The notes under the pieces are model-generated. The model saw only the letters and a list, made by a program, of their open reading frames with translations. It made no database searches and was not told the origin of the DNA. Below, piece after piece: positions 10,025-19,278 of a stretch of 64,000 nt of DNA. Within the stretch, counting starts at the first letter, position 1; the number at the start of each line of letters is the position of its first letter. This DNA is from a virus (lineage: Duplodnaviria > Caudoviricetes): the IMG/VR virus record IMGVR_UViG_2974704384_000001, positions 1-64,000 of that record; one strand, written 5' to 3'. The translations under genes were made by a program, and so were the position numbers.

Positions 10025-10324
10025 ATGGAAGAAAACAAGGAACTGAACGAGCTGGTGGGTACGCTTTTTGCTGATCTGATTGCGTCGGTGCGGGTGCCTG
10101 ATCCGCTGCCGGTTGCGCCTGGTCTAGTGGTTAAGAACCCGACTAAGAAGCAGGCTAACGCGCTGATTAAGGCGACCACCGAGGAAGAGGCCCAGCGCAT
10201 CATCTTCGGTGATGACTATGAGCGCGCTATGGAGCTGTTCGATCCACAGCCGGTTCAGGTGTGGAACGCGTTCATGGCTAAGTACAACGAGCACTTTTTC
10301 GGGGATAAGGACTCGGGAAAGTAA
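10025..10324 (+). CDS. tail assembly chaperone (gpG)
   Basis: between major tail and tape measure; ends at slippery GGGAAAG-TAA. Confidence 0.85.
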   Translation: MEENKELNELVGTLFADLIASVRVPDPLPVAPGLVVKNPTKKQANALIKATTEEEAQRIIFGDDYERAMELFDPQPVQVWNAFMAKYNEHFFGDKDSGK

Positions 10325-10848
10325 TCTACGCTGCGGATATTGTTGAGCGGTATTGGCGTGCGATCTGTTGGGATTTCCAAACGATTCTGCACGTCAATGC
10401 CCTTGACTACTTCGCAGCGCCGTGCCGGTGTGGCTATTGCCAGGAGCGGTACGGGGACGACATGGGCGCTCGTTATGCGTCACGTCGGAACTGGGATCAG
10501 TTCATCATGTTCTACGAAACCTTGCTGCAAATCCGTGGCTCTTACACGCAGGCGATGTACCTGCAAGACCCTGATGTGATCGAGCTGCAAGCTAACGCTA
10601 CCGATGAGTTTTGGAAGGCGAGTAAGCCGCCGCTGTTTGGGTGGACGCCGGAGATTGAGGCGCTGTACTTCATTGCTGATCAGGTGCAGGCCGGGCGGAT
10701 TCGTGAGGCTGATCAATTCAAGCCGTATCCGCGTCCTGAGCTTCCGGCTGAGAGGGAGCGTAAGCGTCGTAAGGAGCAGAAGGTCAATGCGGGTCTAGAG
10801 GCTGCTTTGGCGCGTGGCGTTGAGGCGGCTAAGTGGAACTACCTGTAG
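10025..10848 (+). CDS. tail assembly chaperone gpGT, programmed -1 frameshift product
   Basis: GGGAAAG at 10315-10321; -1 frame is open from 10318 (KVIYAADIVERYW...) through the 10462-10848 ORF. Confidence 0.85.
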
Positions 10849-10889
10849 TTCCCCACATAACTGAATAACAACTTAATAGAGGAGGCACT

Positions 10890-13800
10890 GTGGCTGAATA
10901 CATTGCCGCCCAAGCGGGGGTACTTATGGTGCCCACGCTTGGGAAGGGTGCCAATAGCTTTCACCAGAAGCTAAGGGCGCAGCTCCAGACGGTGCGCGAG
11001 TCTGTCGAGGTCAAGGTTGAGGCCAATACGGCTGAAATGCTGGCGGAGATTCAGGCTGCTAGGGAGTCTGTTGAGCGGCGACCGATCCGGTTGCGGGTTG
11101 AGGTCCAGAATGTTAAGCGCCATATTGGCGACCTACAGCAGCAGGCGCGGCGGGGTCTGACGCTTAATCTCGCGGTGGCGGGGATGGCGCAGCTTAATCA
11201 GCTTGGATTAGCGCTTGCGTCTCTGAATACGTCGATTGTGCAACTGGCGCAGTCGGCCTTGGTGGTGCCGGGTATTTTCGCCGGTTTGGCGTCGTCTGTG
11301 GGGACGGCTGTGCTTGGTACGCGCGGCTTGACGGATGCGTTTAAGGCGCAAACCGCCGCGCAAAAGGATTCGGTGGATGCGGCGCGACAGCAGCGTGACG
11401 CTAACCGCGCGGTGCGGGATTCGACGCGTGACCTTAATAACGCGATCCGTGATGCTCGCCGGAATCTTGAGGATTTGAACGCTCAGCTTCGTGACGCTCC
11501 GCTGGATGAAGCGGAAGCGATGATGAATCTGCAAGAGGCGATGGCTGAGGCTAACGACAAGGTTGGCAAGTCGGCGTTTCAGATGCAGAAGGATCAGCTT
11601 GGTATTCGCCGGGCTGAGGGCCAGCTTGCGGAGACTCGTCGGCGCAATCTGCGACTACAGCAGGACGTAGCGGAGGCTAACGCTAAGGGCGTTCAGGGTA
11701 ACGATGCGGTGGTCGCGGCGACTGAGCGTCTGACGGTGGCGCTTGAGGATGCGGCGCGCGGTACGTCTGCGATGAATGAGCTTGCGGACGCGATGGGCAA
11801 GCTGTCGCCTAACGCTCAGGATTTCGTTAATCGGGTTCGCGGGTTGAGCGGCGCATGGAATGAGCTTCGCTCTGAGGTTCAGGACCGCCTATTCGCCAAT
11901 CTGGGCGCTGATATCGAGGGCTTGGCCGGTACGGGCCTACCTCTGCTTGAACGTGGGTTGTCGGGCATTGCAGGGGCCATTAACGGCAACTTGCGGACCG
12001 CGATTGCTTCTCTGGGTGACACCCAGAACCGGGGCCTCCTAGAGCGCATTTTCGGCAACACCGAGGAGGCGCAGAATCTATTCAGCCGGGCTATTGATCC
12101 CCTAATCGGGGGCGTGCTGCGGCTGTCGGCGGCTGGCTCGGATTCCCTGCCGCGCCTATCTGACGCTTTCGGCGATGTGATGACGCGGTTTGAGAACTTC
12201 GTGACGGCGGCTGATAAGGACGGTCGACTAGATAAGTGGATCGACAAGGGCCTTAACGCGCTAACCGATCTGGGCAACACTTTGCTGAATATCGGTTCGA
12301 TCATGAACTCTGTCAGCGAGGCGTTCACTGGCACGGGAGGCCGCGGCCTACTTGAGTTGCTTAGCGACGGTACTAAGCGTCTGGCTGATTTCCTCAAGAG
12401 CGCCGAGGGGCAGAAGAAGCTTAAGGATTTCTTCTACGAGGCGCGTGCTGAGTTTCAGAAGTGGCGTCCGACGTTGGAGCAGATTCCGGGGATTCTCAAG
12501 AATGTGCAGGATGCGGCTCAGCGGTGGGCTGACATGCTGTTGCCGTTCCTTAACACGGCGGCGACGATCCTTAAGGAGCATCCTGGTCTAGTTCAGACGA
12601 TCCTGTTTGCGTGGCTGGGTTGGCGCACGTTGCAGCCGATGATCACTGGCATTAAGACTGCTCTGGGCTTGATGAGCGGCGCGCTTGACATGGTGTCGCG
12701 GGCGTTCGGCGATGGTGCTGGTGGCGCGAACGGTAAGGCGTCGAAGTTCAGCAGCCTTATGGCGGTGGGTGGTCCTATTGCTCTGGGTGTGAGCGCGGTG
12801 GCTTCTCTTTTGCTCTACGAGTACGTGAATGCGCAGCAGGAGGCGGCTGAGTCGACTGCTTACCACGCGGACATGGTTGCTCGGCTTCGTACTGAAATGG
12901 ATGCGCTGTCGGGGTCGTTGACGCAGCAGGGCTTGGCTGAGAAGTTGGGCCGGGCTGGTGGTTTCGTTGATCCTAACGAGACGGATGCGGCTCCGCGTGA
13001 CCTGCCGGGGTTGGCTCAGAGCGAGTTCAACATTAATCGGGAGCTGTTCGGGCAGGCGTTGACGCCGACGAATCAGGCTGCGCGCGACCAGGTTATCGGA
13101 ACGACGCGGCGGGCGATCCTTGACGAGCTGAACTCTAAGCCGCTGTCTGCGTTTATCGGTGAGGATGACGCGAATTTCCTTGAGCTGCTTAACAAGCAGC
13201 GGAAGCCGGAAGCTCAGATCACTAACGACGTTCTGGCTCGGGCGCTTACTGGTGATAACCAGGCGCGGGAGCTGTTTGAGCGGTCGGGGGCTTCGTTCTC
13301 GCTGAGCGATCTGTTGTATGGCTATGACAATCCGTTGTCGTGGCTGCCGGGGTCGCGTAACGATGACACGCCGGGTCTGTCTCAGCGTGCGCGTGCGGGC
13401 GCGAATATCAGCCGGTTCGTCATGGATGACACTAACCATGCGTTGCAGGTTGGCGCGGAAGTGCGGTCGAACAACGAGGCCGTTACGGGCCGCGCGCAGT
13501 TTAAGCCGGGCGTCCCTAACCCGTTCGCGGGTCTCGGTTCGGCTACGCCGTATTACGAGCCTGGGGGCCAGGGTAAGGCTGGCGTGCGCGTTGACATGCC
13601 GTTCCGTGACATTCAGCGCAATCATCCTGATCTGGTTGAGAACATCCGGAAGAACGGTGGCCGGTTCGAGGAGCTGGCTGACGGCACGATCATTCATCTT
13701 GACGCGGACCGTGCGGGGCTGTACTTGCAGCCTGCGCCTACGGCGGCTACGGGTGGACTGTTCAGTGGGCCGGGGACGGGTCGTAGTGACTCGATTCTGG

Positions 13801-16019
13801 CGCGGGTGTCTAACGGCGAGTTCATTACTCGGGCCGATTCGGTGGCTAAGTATGGGCAGGACTTCTTTCACGCTCTTAACCGGGGCGAGATTGATCCGGC
13901 TCTGCTACCTGGCTTTGACGGCGGTGGTCTGGTTGATCTGTTCCTGCCGCCTGGTGGGCCTGCGCCTGCCGGTGGTGGTCGGTTCGACCCGAATCCGTTG
14001 CCGGTCAGTGGGTTTGCGCCTAAGCCGCTAGCTCCGGTTCCGGCTGCGCCGCCGGGCGCGTTCGATGCGCCGACGCCGCTGGACATGCTGCCTAAGCCTC
14101 CGATGCCGGACATTACGAATCCTGGTCTCTACGATCCGATGACCGGCAAGTATGGTGCTGCGCCAGCGTCAGCTACGCAGCGTCCGCTTAAGCCTGGGGT
14201 CGACGGCGACAAGGGGGAGTCGAGCGGGCCTAATGTGCCGCCGACCGATCCGCGTTCGCCTGCGTATCCGGCTCACGGTCTGGGTGGTTCGCCGGGACCG
14301 GGTAACGGTGTCCCGCATTTGACGGGTGCTACGCCAGGGCCGGGTGTGACGCCGACTGTTGCTGGTTTGGCTCTGCCGGGGCTTACGCCTCAGGCGGGTA
14401 TGCCGGGCAGTGTCCCTAATCCAGGTCTGACGCCTAGTGCGACTGATCCTATGGGCTTGTCTGGTCTGCCTGATGAGTTGCAGCCGGTCAGCATTTTGCA
14501 GCAGATCGGGGAGATTCTGCTTAGCGCGGTGTTGGGGTTCTTCGGCATTGATCCGACGTACGTCAATATCGGTAAGCGAATCTTTACCGGGCTAACGGGT
14601 GGCGATAAGGACGATAAGGGTAAGCCTCGTGACGCTGATCCTCAGGTTCAGCAGATCATTGATGGTTACCCGACCGACTTGCAGACTCAGTACCCATTCG
14701 TGGGAACGCTGAATGGTGCGTCGGTGTCTCCGGCTGCCCAGCGCGCGGCGAATATGGCTGAGCTGATGGCGGGTAAGCCTTACGTGTGGGGTGGTTCGGG
14801 CCTTGATGGTACGGACTGCTCGGGTCTGGTGATGTATGTTGCCGACGCGCTTAACGGTAAGCCGTTCTCTGGCCGTACCGGTGGTACTGGCGGGTTCGCT
14901 CAGTCCATTCCGGCTAAGGGTGGCGTGATCATTAGCGATCCGTCGCAGGCTCCACCGGGTACGTACCGGATTGGCTGGAATGCTTCGCATACGGCGGCAA
15001 CGCTGCCGGATGGCCGGAACATTGAGTCGAGTACGTACGGTAAGCCGATTGCGGTTGGGTCGGGCGCTTCGGGTTATAACGATCCGCAGTTCACGAATTG
15101 GGCGTACTTCCCGTTGCCTAGCTTCGCTAGTGGTGGGTTCCTGAGCGGTGCCGGAACGGGCCGTTCGGATTCGATGCTTGCGCGGGTTAGTAACGGTGAG
15201 TTCATCACGCGTGCGGATTCGGTCGCTAAGTACGGTCGGGGTTTCTTTGAGGCTATTAACTCGGGCAAGATTGATCCGTCTATGCTGCCGGGTTTCGCGC
15301 CGGGTGGTATGCCGTTGCCGCCGGTTACGCCGTTGCCGAATCCTCAGCCAGCTCCGCCGCCGCCGGTTGCGACGGCTGCGCCGAATGGTGCGCCTAGTGA
15401 TCTGGCTGCGCCTCCGCCGCTTGAGCAGCCTGTCATCCCTACGGAGACGGCAGAACAGGCGCTTGGTGGGCTTGGTAGCGCTCTGTCTGGCACTAGTGCT
15501 GGGTCGAGTGGGCAGTTGCCGGGTGCGGCTGCGCCTGAGGGCGCTACGCCGGGTGTTGATCCGCGTTCTGTTGCGGGCCGCGCGCCGACGAACCTTGACC
15601 ACAACAACCCTGCTTTGAGCAAGGGTATTCAGTCGGGGTTTGCGCATGTGGGCAGCTTGATTGCTACGGCGGCGTCTATGGGCGCTGGCGCGGCTGGTGC
15701 TGCGGGTGCGCCGGGGGCTGGTGCTGCCGGTGGCGCGGCGGGTGCTGGTATTCAGGCGGGCGCGCAGATTGCGGGGCAGGTCGCTAGCGGCGCTGTCAAC
15801 ATTCTGTCGAGCTTGCTGGTGGGCACGCTGTCTGGTGGTTCGTCACCTAACGCGTATGGCGCTCCGGTGTTGCCTCAGCAGCCTCAGGGTAGCGGTCTGG
15901 GTGGACCGGCTGTGGTTAACAACTATGGCGATATCCACACGGCTTCTTATGACCAGTTCTATCAGGGTCAGCAGAGGCGTGAAGCTCAGACGCAGGTTCC
16001 ATTTCTGCCGATGAAGTAA
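10890..16019 (+). CDS. tape measure protein with NlpC/P60-like peptidoglycan hydrolase domain
   Basis: 1709 aa, Ala/Gly-rich helical, follows the chaperones; GKPYVWGG..DCSGLV motif at ~14770-14840. Confidence 0.95.
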   Translation: MAEYIAAQAGVLMVPTLGKGANSFHQKLRAQLQTVRESVEVKVEANTAEMLAEIQAARESVERRPIRLRVEVQNVKRHIGDLQQQARRGLTLNLAVAGMAQLNQLGLALASLNTSIVQLAQSALVVPGIFAGLASSVGTAVLGTRGLTDAFKAQTAAQKDSVDAARQQRDANRAVRDSTRDLNNAIRDARRNLEDLNAQLRDAPLDEAEAMMNLQEAMAEANDKVGKSAFQMQKDQLGIRRAEGQLAETRRRNLRLQQDVAEANAKGVQGNDAVVAATERLTVALEDAARGTSAMNELADAMGKLSPNAQDFVNRVRGLSGAWNELRSEVQDRLFANLGADIEGLAGTGLPLLERGLSGIAGAINGNLRTAIASLGDTQNRGLLERIFGNTEEAQNLFSRAIDPLIGGVLRLSAAGSDSLPRLSDAFGDVMTRFENFVTAADKDGRLDKWIDKGLNALTDLGNTLLNIGSIMNSVSEAFTGTGGRGLLELLSDGTKRLADFLKSAEGQKKLKDFFYEARAEFQKWRPTLEQIPGILKNVQDAAQRWADMLLPFLNTAATILKEHPGLVQTILFAWLGWRTLQPMITGIKTALGLMSGALDMVSRAFGDGAGGANGKASKFSSLMAVGGPIALGVSAVASLLLYEYVNAQQEAAESTAYHADMVARLRTEMDALSGSLTQQGLAEKLGRAGGFVDPNETDAAPRDLPGLAQSEFNINRELFGQALTPTNQAARDQVIGTTRRAILDELNSKPLSAFIGEDDANFLELLNKQRKPEAQITNDVLARALTGDNQARELFERSGASFSLSDLLYGYDNPLSWLPGSRNDDTPGLSQRARAGANISRFVMDDTNHALQVGAEVRSNNEAVTGRAQFKPGVPNPFAGLGSATPYYEPGGQGKAGVRVDMPFRDIQRNHPDLVENIRKNGGRFEELADGTIIHLDADRAGLYLQPAPTAATGGLFSGPGTGRSDSILARVSNGEFITRADSVAKYGQDFFHALNRGEIDPALLPGFDGGGLVDLFLPPGGPAPAGGGRFDPNPLPVSGFAPKPLAPVPAAPPGAFDAPTPLDMLPKPPMPDITNPGLYDPMTGKYGAAPASATQRPLKPGVDGDKGESSGPNVPPTDPRSPAYPAHGLGGSPGPGNGVPHLTGATPGPGVTPTVAGLALPGLTPQAGMPGSVPNPGLTPSATDPMGLSGLPDELQPVSILQQIGEILLSAVLGFFGIDPTYVNIGKRIFTGLTGGDKDDKGKPRDADPQVQQIIDGYPTDLQTQYPFVGTLNGASVSPAAQRAANMAELMAGKPYVWGGSGLDGTDCSGLVMYVADALNGKPFSGRTGGTGGFAQSIPAKGGVIISDPSQAPPGTYRIGWNASHTAATLPDGRNIESSTYGKPIAVGSGASGYNDPQFTNWAYFPLPSFASGGFLSGAGTGRSDSMLARVSNGEFITRADSVAKYGRGFFEAINSGKIDPSMLPGFAPGGMPLPPVTPLPNPQPAPPPPVATAAPNGAPSDLAAPPPLEQPVIPTETAEQALGGLGSALSGTSAGSSGQLPGAAAPEGATPGVDPRSVAGRAPTNLDHNNPALSKGIQSGFAHVGSLIATAASMGAGAAGAAGAPGAGAAGGAAGAGIQAGAQIAGQVASGAVNILSSLLVGTLSGGSSPNAYGAPVLPQQPQGSGLGGPAVVNNYGDIHTASYDQFYQGQQRREAQTQVPFLPMK

Positions 16020-16037
16020 ACACTCTAAGGACGGGTT

Positions 16038-16087
16038 AGCCCCGCTCGAATGCCGGTTTTACTCCGGTGGCCGGGCGGGGCTTTCTC
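16038..16087 (+). terminator. intrinsic terminator-like hairpin after tape measure gene
   Basis: AGCCCCGCTCG / CGGGCGGGGCT stem followed by TTCTC. Confidence 0.55.
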
Positions 16088-16107
16088 GTTAGAAAGACAA
16101 CTGAATA

Positions 16108-17022
16108 GTGAGCGATTACGTCAAGATTACTTTGACGGGTCGGGATGGTTCTACCTGGTGCTTGTCGGGCGCTGGCGCGGGTCGAGAGGGTGTCACCCTT
16201 TCCCCGAATGTCCAGAATCTTATTGATGCGCCGGTTAAGACTCTGTGGACGCCCGGCCCTTTTGGTGAGCAGTACGCCGGTAAGCGTGTTCGTCGGCGTG
16301 AGGTCATTTTCTCTGTCCAGGTTGGGCATGAGGGTTTCGACCCTGATACGTGGGCCACGGTCGATTCGCGTTGGCGGTGGGCCTGGGATTACGACGAGGA
16401 ATGCACGCTAACTGTCGAGACTAGCGACGGCATTAGGAACCTTAAGCTTCGGCTTCTAGAGGAGCCTAAGGCGTACGGGTCGAAAGACCCATTCCTTACG
16501 GGCGACTGCGAAGTGATGATGACGACGGTCGCTGAGTTCCCGTATTGGGTGAGTGAGCCGGACGTTTTCATCTGGAAAACGCCGAACCTTGCGGACCGTA
16601 CGACGGTGTTCGTCGCCAATAACGGTGACGTGCCGGTGTGGCTGCGGTGGACGTTCACTGCGCCTGGTACGTGGACGATTCCTGATTTTTCGTGGGAAAA
16701 CGACATGTTTGCGCGCGGCGAAATGGACCGTGGGCGAACGCTGGTGCTGCCTGAGCTTAAGCAGGGCGAGCACATCACGGTCGATTCAGACCCGCGTGTC
16801 CAGACGATTGTGGCCGCTAACGATGCGCCTGTTCAGCACAGGTGGAAGGGCAACGATCTGCTTTACCCGTTGATGCCGGGTAAGAGCGGTGAACTTCCGG
16901 TCGGGTTCAAGGCTAAGCCGACTGAGCCGGGGTCTGAGAACGGCGGCGCTTTCAAGCTAACAGTTCCTAAGTGGTATTCGCGTCCGTGGTCGCGTCCGCA
17001 TGTGATTCGGACGGTGTACTAA
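16108..17022 (+). CDS. minor tail protein (distal tail, Dit-like)
   Basis: first gene after TMP; LTGRDGS.WCL.G, LYPLMPG motifs. Confidence 0.85.
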   Translation: MSDYVKITLTGRDGSTWCLSGAGAGREGVTLSPNVQNLIDAPVKTLWTPGPFGEQYAGKRVRRREVIFSVQVGHEGFDPDTWATVDSRWRWAWDYDEECTLTVETSDGIRNLKLRLLEEPKAYGSKDPFLTGDCEVMMTTVAEFPYWVSEPDVFIWKTPNLADRTTVFVANNGDVPVWLRWTFTAPGTWTIPDFSWENDMFARGEMDRGRTLVLPELKQGEHITVDSDPRVQTIVAANDAPVQHRWKGNDLLYPLMPGKSGELPVGFKAKPTEPGSENGGAFKLTVPKWYSRPWSRPHVIRTVY

Positions 17023-18756
17023 ATGTGGCAGGACAGTGACCTTTGGGAAATTGATCAGTCCTGTGACTATTGGCGCGGTCGGCATGAGTCGATGCGGAAG
17101 GCGCACCCGCTAATCCGGATTTGGATTAACGATCCAGAGAATAGTCATGGCGCTGTCTGTGTCGGGCGTGTCGACTTTACGGACACGATTAAGGGTTCAT
17201 TCCCGTTCAAGAACAACACGGCCACTCAGGGCGTGTTGCAAATCCGAGACGATCATTACATCGCGTTGTTCCTTAAGCGTTTGCCGCAGGATGCGCGCTA
17301 TCAGAAGAACGTAATGATCACGGTGGACTTCTATGGCGGCGCTAAGCGCTGGTCGGGGTTGCTGGATAAGTGGAACATTAAGACCACTGAGGATGGCGCA
17401 AAGTATTTTGAGATGACGTTTCAGGACGACCTCACTTACTTGCAATATCTGCTGTGTCCTCCTAATCCGTTCCTGCCGATTCCGGTATTCCAGTTCCCGC
17501 GTATGTTCATGCTGGCTGGCCCTAGTAAGTGGGCTATCTCGATGCTCATTCTTCTTAACCTGCTAAGGGTCGAGGGGAACCTTTGGGAATTGCCAGATGA
17601 CCCGTTCGACCCTGAGGAATGGGACCAGATTCTTGATTGGTCCGATTGGCAGGTTCATATCAAGGGTTCGCCTTGGCTACTGGACGACTCGTCTATGTGG
17701 ACGTTCCTGTCTGCGCGCATGAATCCGGTGGATGCGGTTATCGCTGATGCGCTGGATGACTGCCAGCTCACGATGACGTACCGGCGAATCTTGACCGACG
17801 ATGGCGAGGTCGCGGACGGCCTGATGGGCATTGCGGACGGCACTCGCGTTAAGAACGGCGCGCTGGTGTTCGAGGTTGTCGATAACTCTAACGCGCACGC
17901 TTTCGATGGCACGTTCCTGTCTGGCACGGCCTTTGACGGTTTCGCGCGGTCGCTGATCACGTACGGCGGTGGGTTCGTTGAGGACGTGTTTAACCAAGTC
18001 GGGGAGGACTCGACGCTGCATCCGGACGAGTATTACCAGTCCGGTTGGTTGGGCACTATCGCTAAGCAGCCGTGGCTAGTCATCCGTGATAGCGAGTGGA
18101 CGCCGATTACGTCGTCTGACATGTCGTGGGGTCCGTCTAAGAACGTTTCCGTCGTGGTGGGTGGCGATAATCCGGCAGCGGACGCTATTGCGAAGCTCAT
18201 CATTGAGACGACCGGCGCGCTTATCGGGTATTTCCTGTTGGCCGGTTTCTCCGGCTTGGGCAGTATCGCGGCTGATGTGATTATGCCGTTCCTGGTGGGG
18301 ACCATCGCGGCCTGGCTGCAATGGAAGAACACTGGGCGAGCTAACGCGCTTGGCTGGATGCACTACTGGGAGCTGTACCAGGCCGGTGCCGAGAATAACT
18401 CTTGGTCTCTGGCTGCGCTTAGCGCACTTCGTGGTGGATTCCTGGTGGGTAAGTCGGAGACGACTCATCTAGTGGCGCTGCATGATTCGTGGGCCATTCC
18501 TGGCTTGCACTTTGATATCGGTCACCGGATCGGTACGACGGTGGATTCGCCGGGCGTGCAGGACATTATCTGGGTTAACCAGGTCGAGGAAATGATTCCG
18601 GAGTGGGATAACTCCGGCGACGGGGAGCCGTACGCGTGGGTCATTAAGGCCGGTAAGTCGCAGCGGAATATGAGCGTCGGCGAGCGGTTGGCGCGGCTAT
18701 CTAAGAAGTTCCTAGATGCAATTAACAACGTTGGCGTTCACCTTGTTCAGGGTTAA
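17023..18756 (+). CDS. minor tail protein (baseplate hub, Gp37-like)
   Basis: PNPFLPIPVFQFPRMFMLAGP motif conserved in mycobacteriophage hubs. Confidence 0.85.
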   Translation: MWQDSDLWEIDQSCDYWRGRHESMRKAHPLIRIWINDPENSHGAVCVGRVDFTDTIKGSFPFKNNTATQGVLQIRDDHYIALFLKRLPQDARYQKNVMITVDFYGGAKRWSGLLDKWNIKTTEDGAKYFEMTFQDDLTYLQYLLCPPNPFLPIPVFQFPRMFMLAGPSKWAISMLILLNLLRVEGNLWELPDDPFDPEEWDQILDWSDWQVHIKGSPWLLDDSSMWTFLSARMNPVDAVIADALDDCQLTMTYRRILTDDGEVADGLMGIADGTRVKNGALVFEVVDNSNAHAFDGTFLSGTAFDGFARSLITYGGGFVEDVFNQVGEDSTLHPDEYYQSGWLGTIAKQPWLVIRDSEWTPITSSDMSWGPSKNVSVVVGGDNPAADAIAKLIIETTGALIGYFLLAGFSGLGSIAADVIMPFLVGTIAAWLQWKNTGRANALGWMHYWELYQAGAENNSWSLAALSALRGGFLVGKSETTHLVALHDSWAIPGLHFDIGHRIGTTVDSPGVQDIIWVNQVEEMIPEWDNSGDGEPYAWVIKAGKSQRNMSVGERLARLSKKFLDAINNVGVHLVQG

Positions 18757-18780
18757 GGCCAGCTTAGGGGGAGTCGAGTA

Positions 18781-19278
18781 ATGCTATCGCAGAACGATTG
18801 CGACATGGAGAATCCGGAACAGTTTGCGGCGTGGGCGTTCGCTGCGGGGGTACCTGACCCTCGTGGCGAGCGTTACCCGAATCAGCCTTTGATTCCCGCT
18901 AAGTGTTTCGCGGGCTTGTCGAAGATGCTTTGGGATTTCGGGTTCCGTTGGCATGAGGACAAGCAAACCAAGTGGGTTAGTCCTCGTACTGGGCCGACGC
19001 GCAACTTTGAGGCTTGGGGCACTACGGATATCAAGCCTGAGGACATTATGGGCGACGTTGCCCAGATGGCGGTTGAGGAGTTCCCGCAGATCGCGGCGAA
19101 GGTTGCGGCGGTGACTCCGGAGAAGCACCAGGAAGCGCTTGAGGAAGCGACTAAGGACTTGCTTAGCAAGATCGAGCGTCTTAATGAGGCGCGGTCGCGG
19201 ATGGAGAGCCGTCTGGCTGAGCGTCAGGACCGGGAGGTAACTCCGGAAACGGAGGCGGTTGATGGCGGGTCTGCCTAG
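18781..19278 (+). CDS. minor tail protein (DUF2744-like)
   Basis: CDMENPEQFAAWAF..P, LWDFGFRWH motifs. Confidence 0.75.
   Translation: MLSQNDCDMENPEQFAAWAFAAGVPDPRGERYPNQPLIPAKCFAGLSKMLWDFGFRWHEDKQTKWVSPRTGPTRNFEAWGTTDIKPEDIMGDVAQMAVEEFPQIAAKVAAVTPEKHQEALEEATKDLLSKIERLNEARSRMESRLAERQDREVTPETEAVDGGSA

Noticed and set aside
10462-10848. Independent gene starting at ATG 10462
   Set aside because: Better explained as the -1 frameshift extension of the tail assembly chaperone; no RBS
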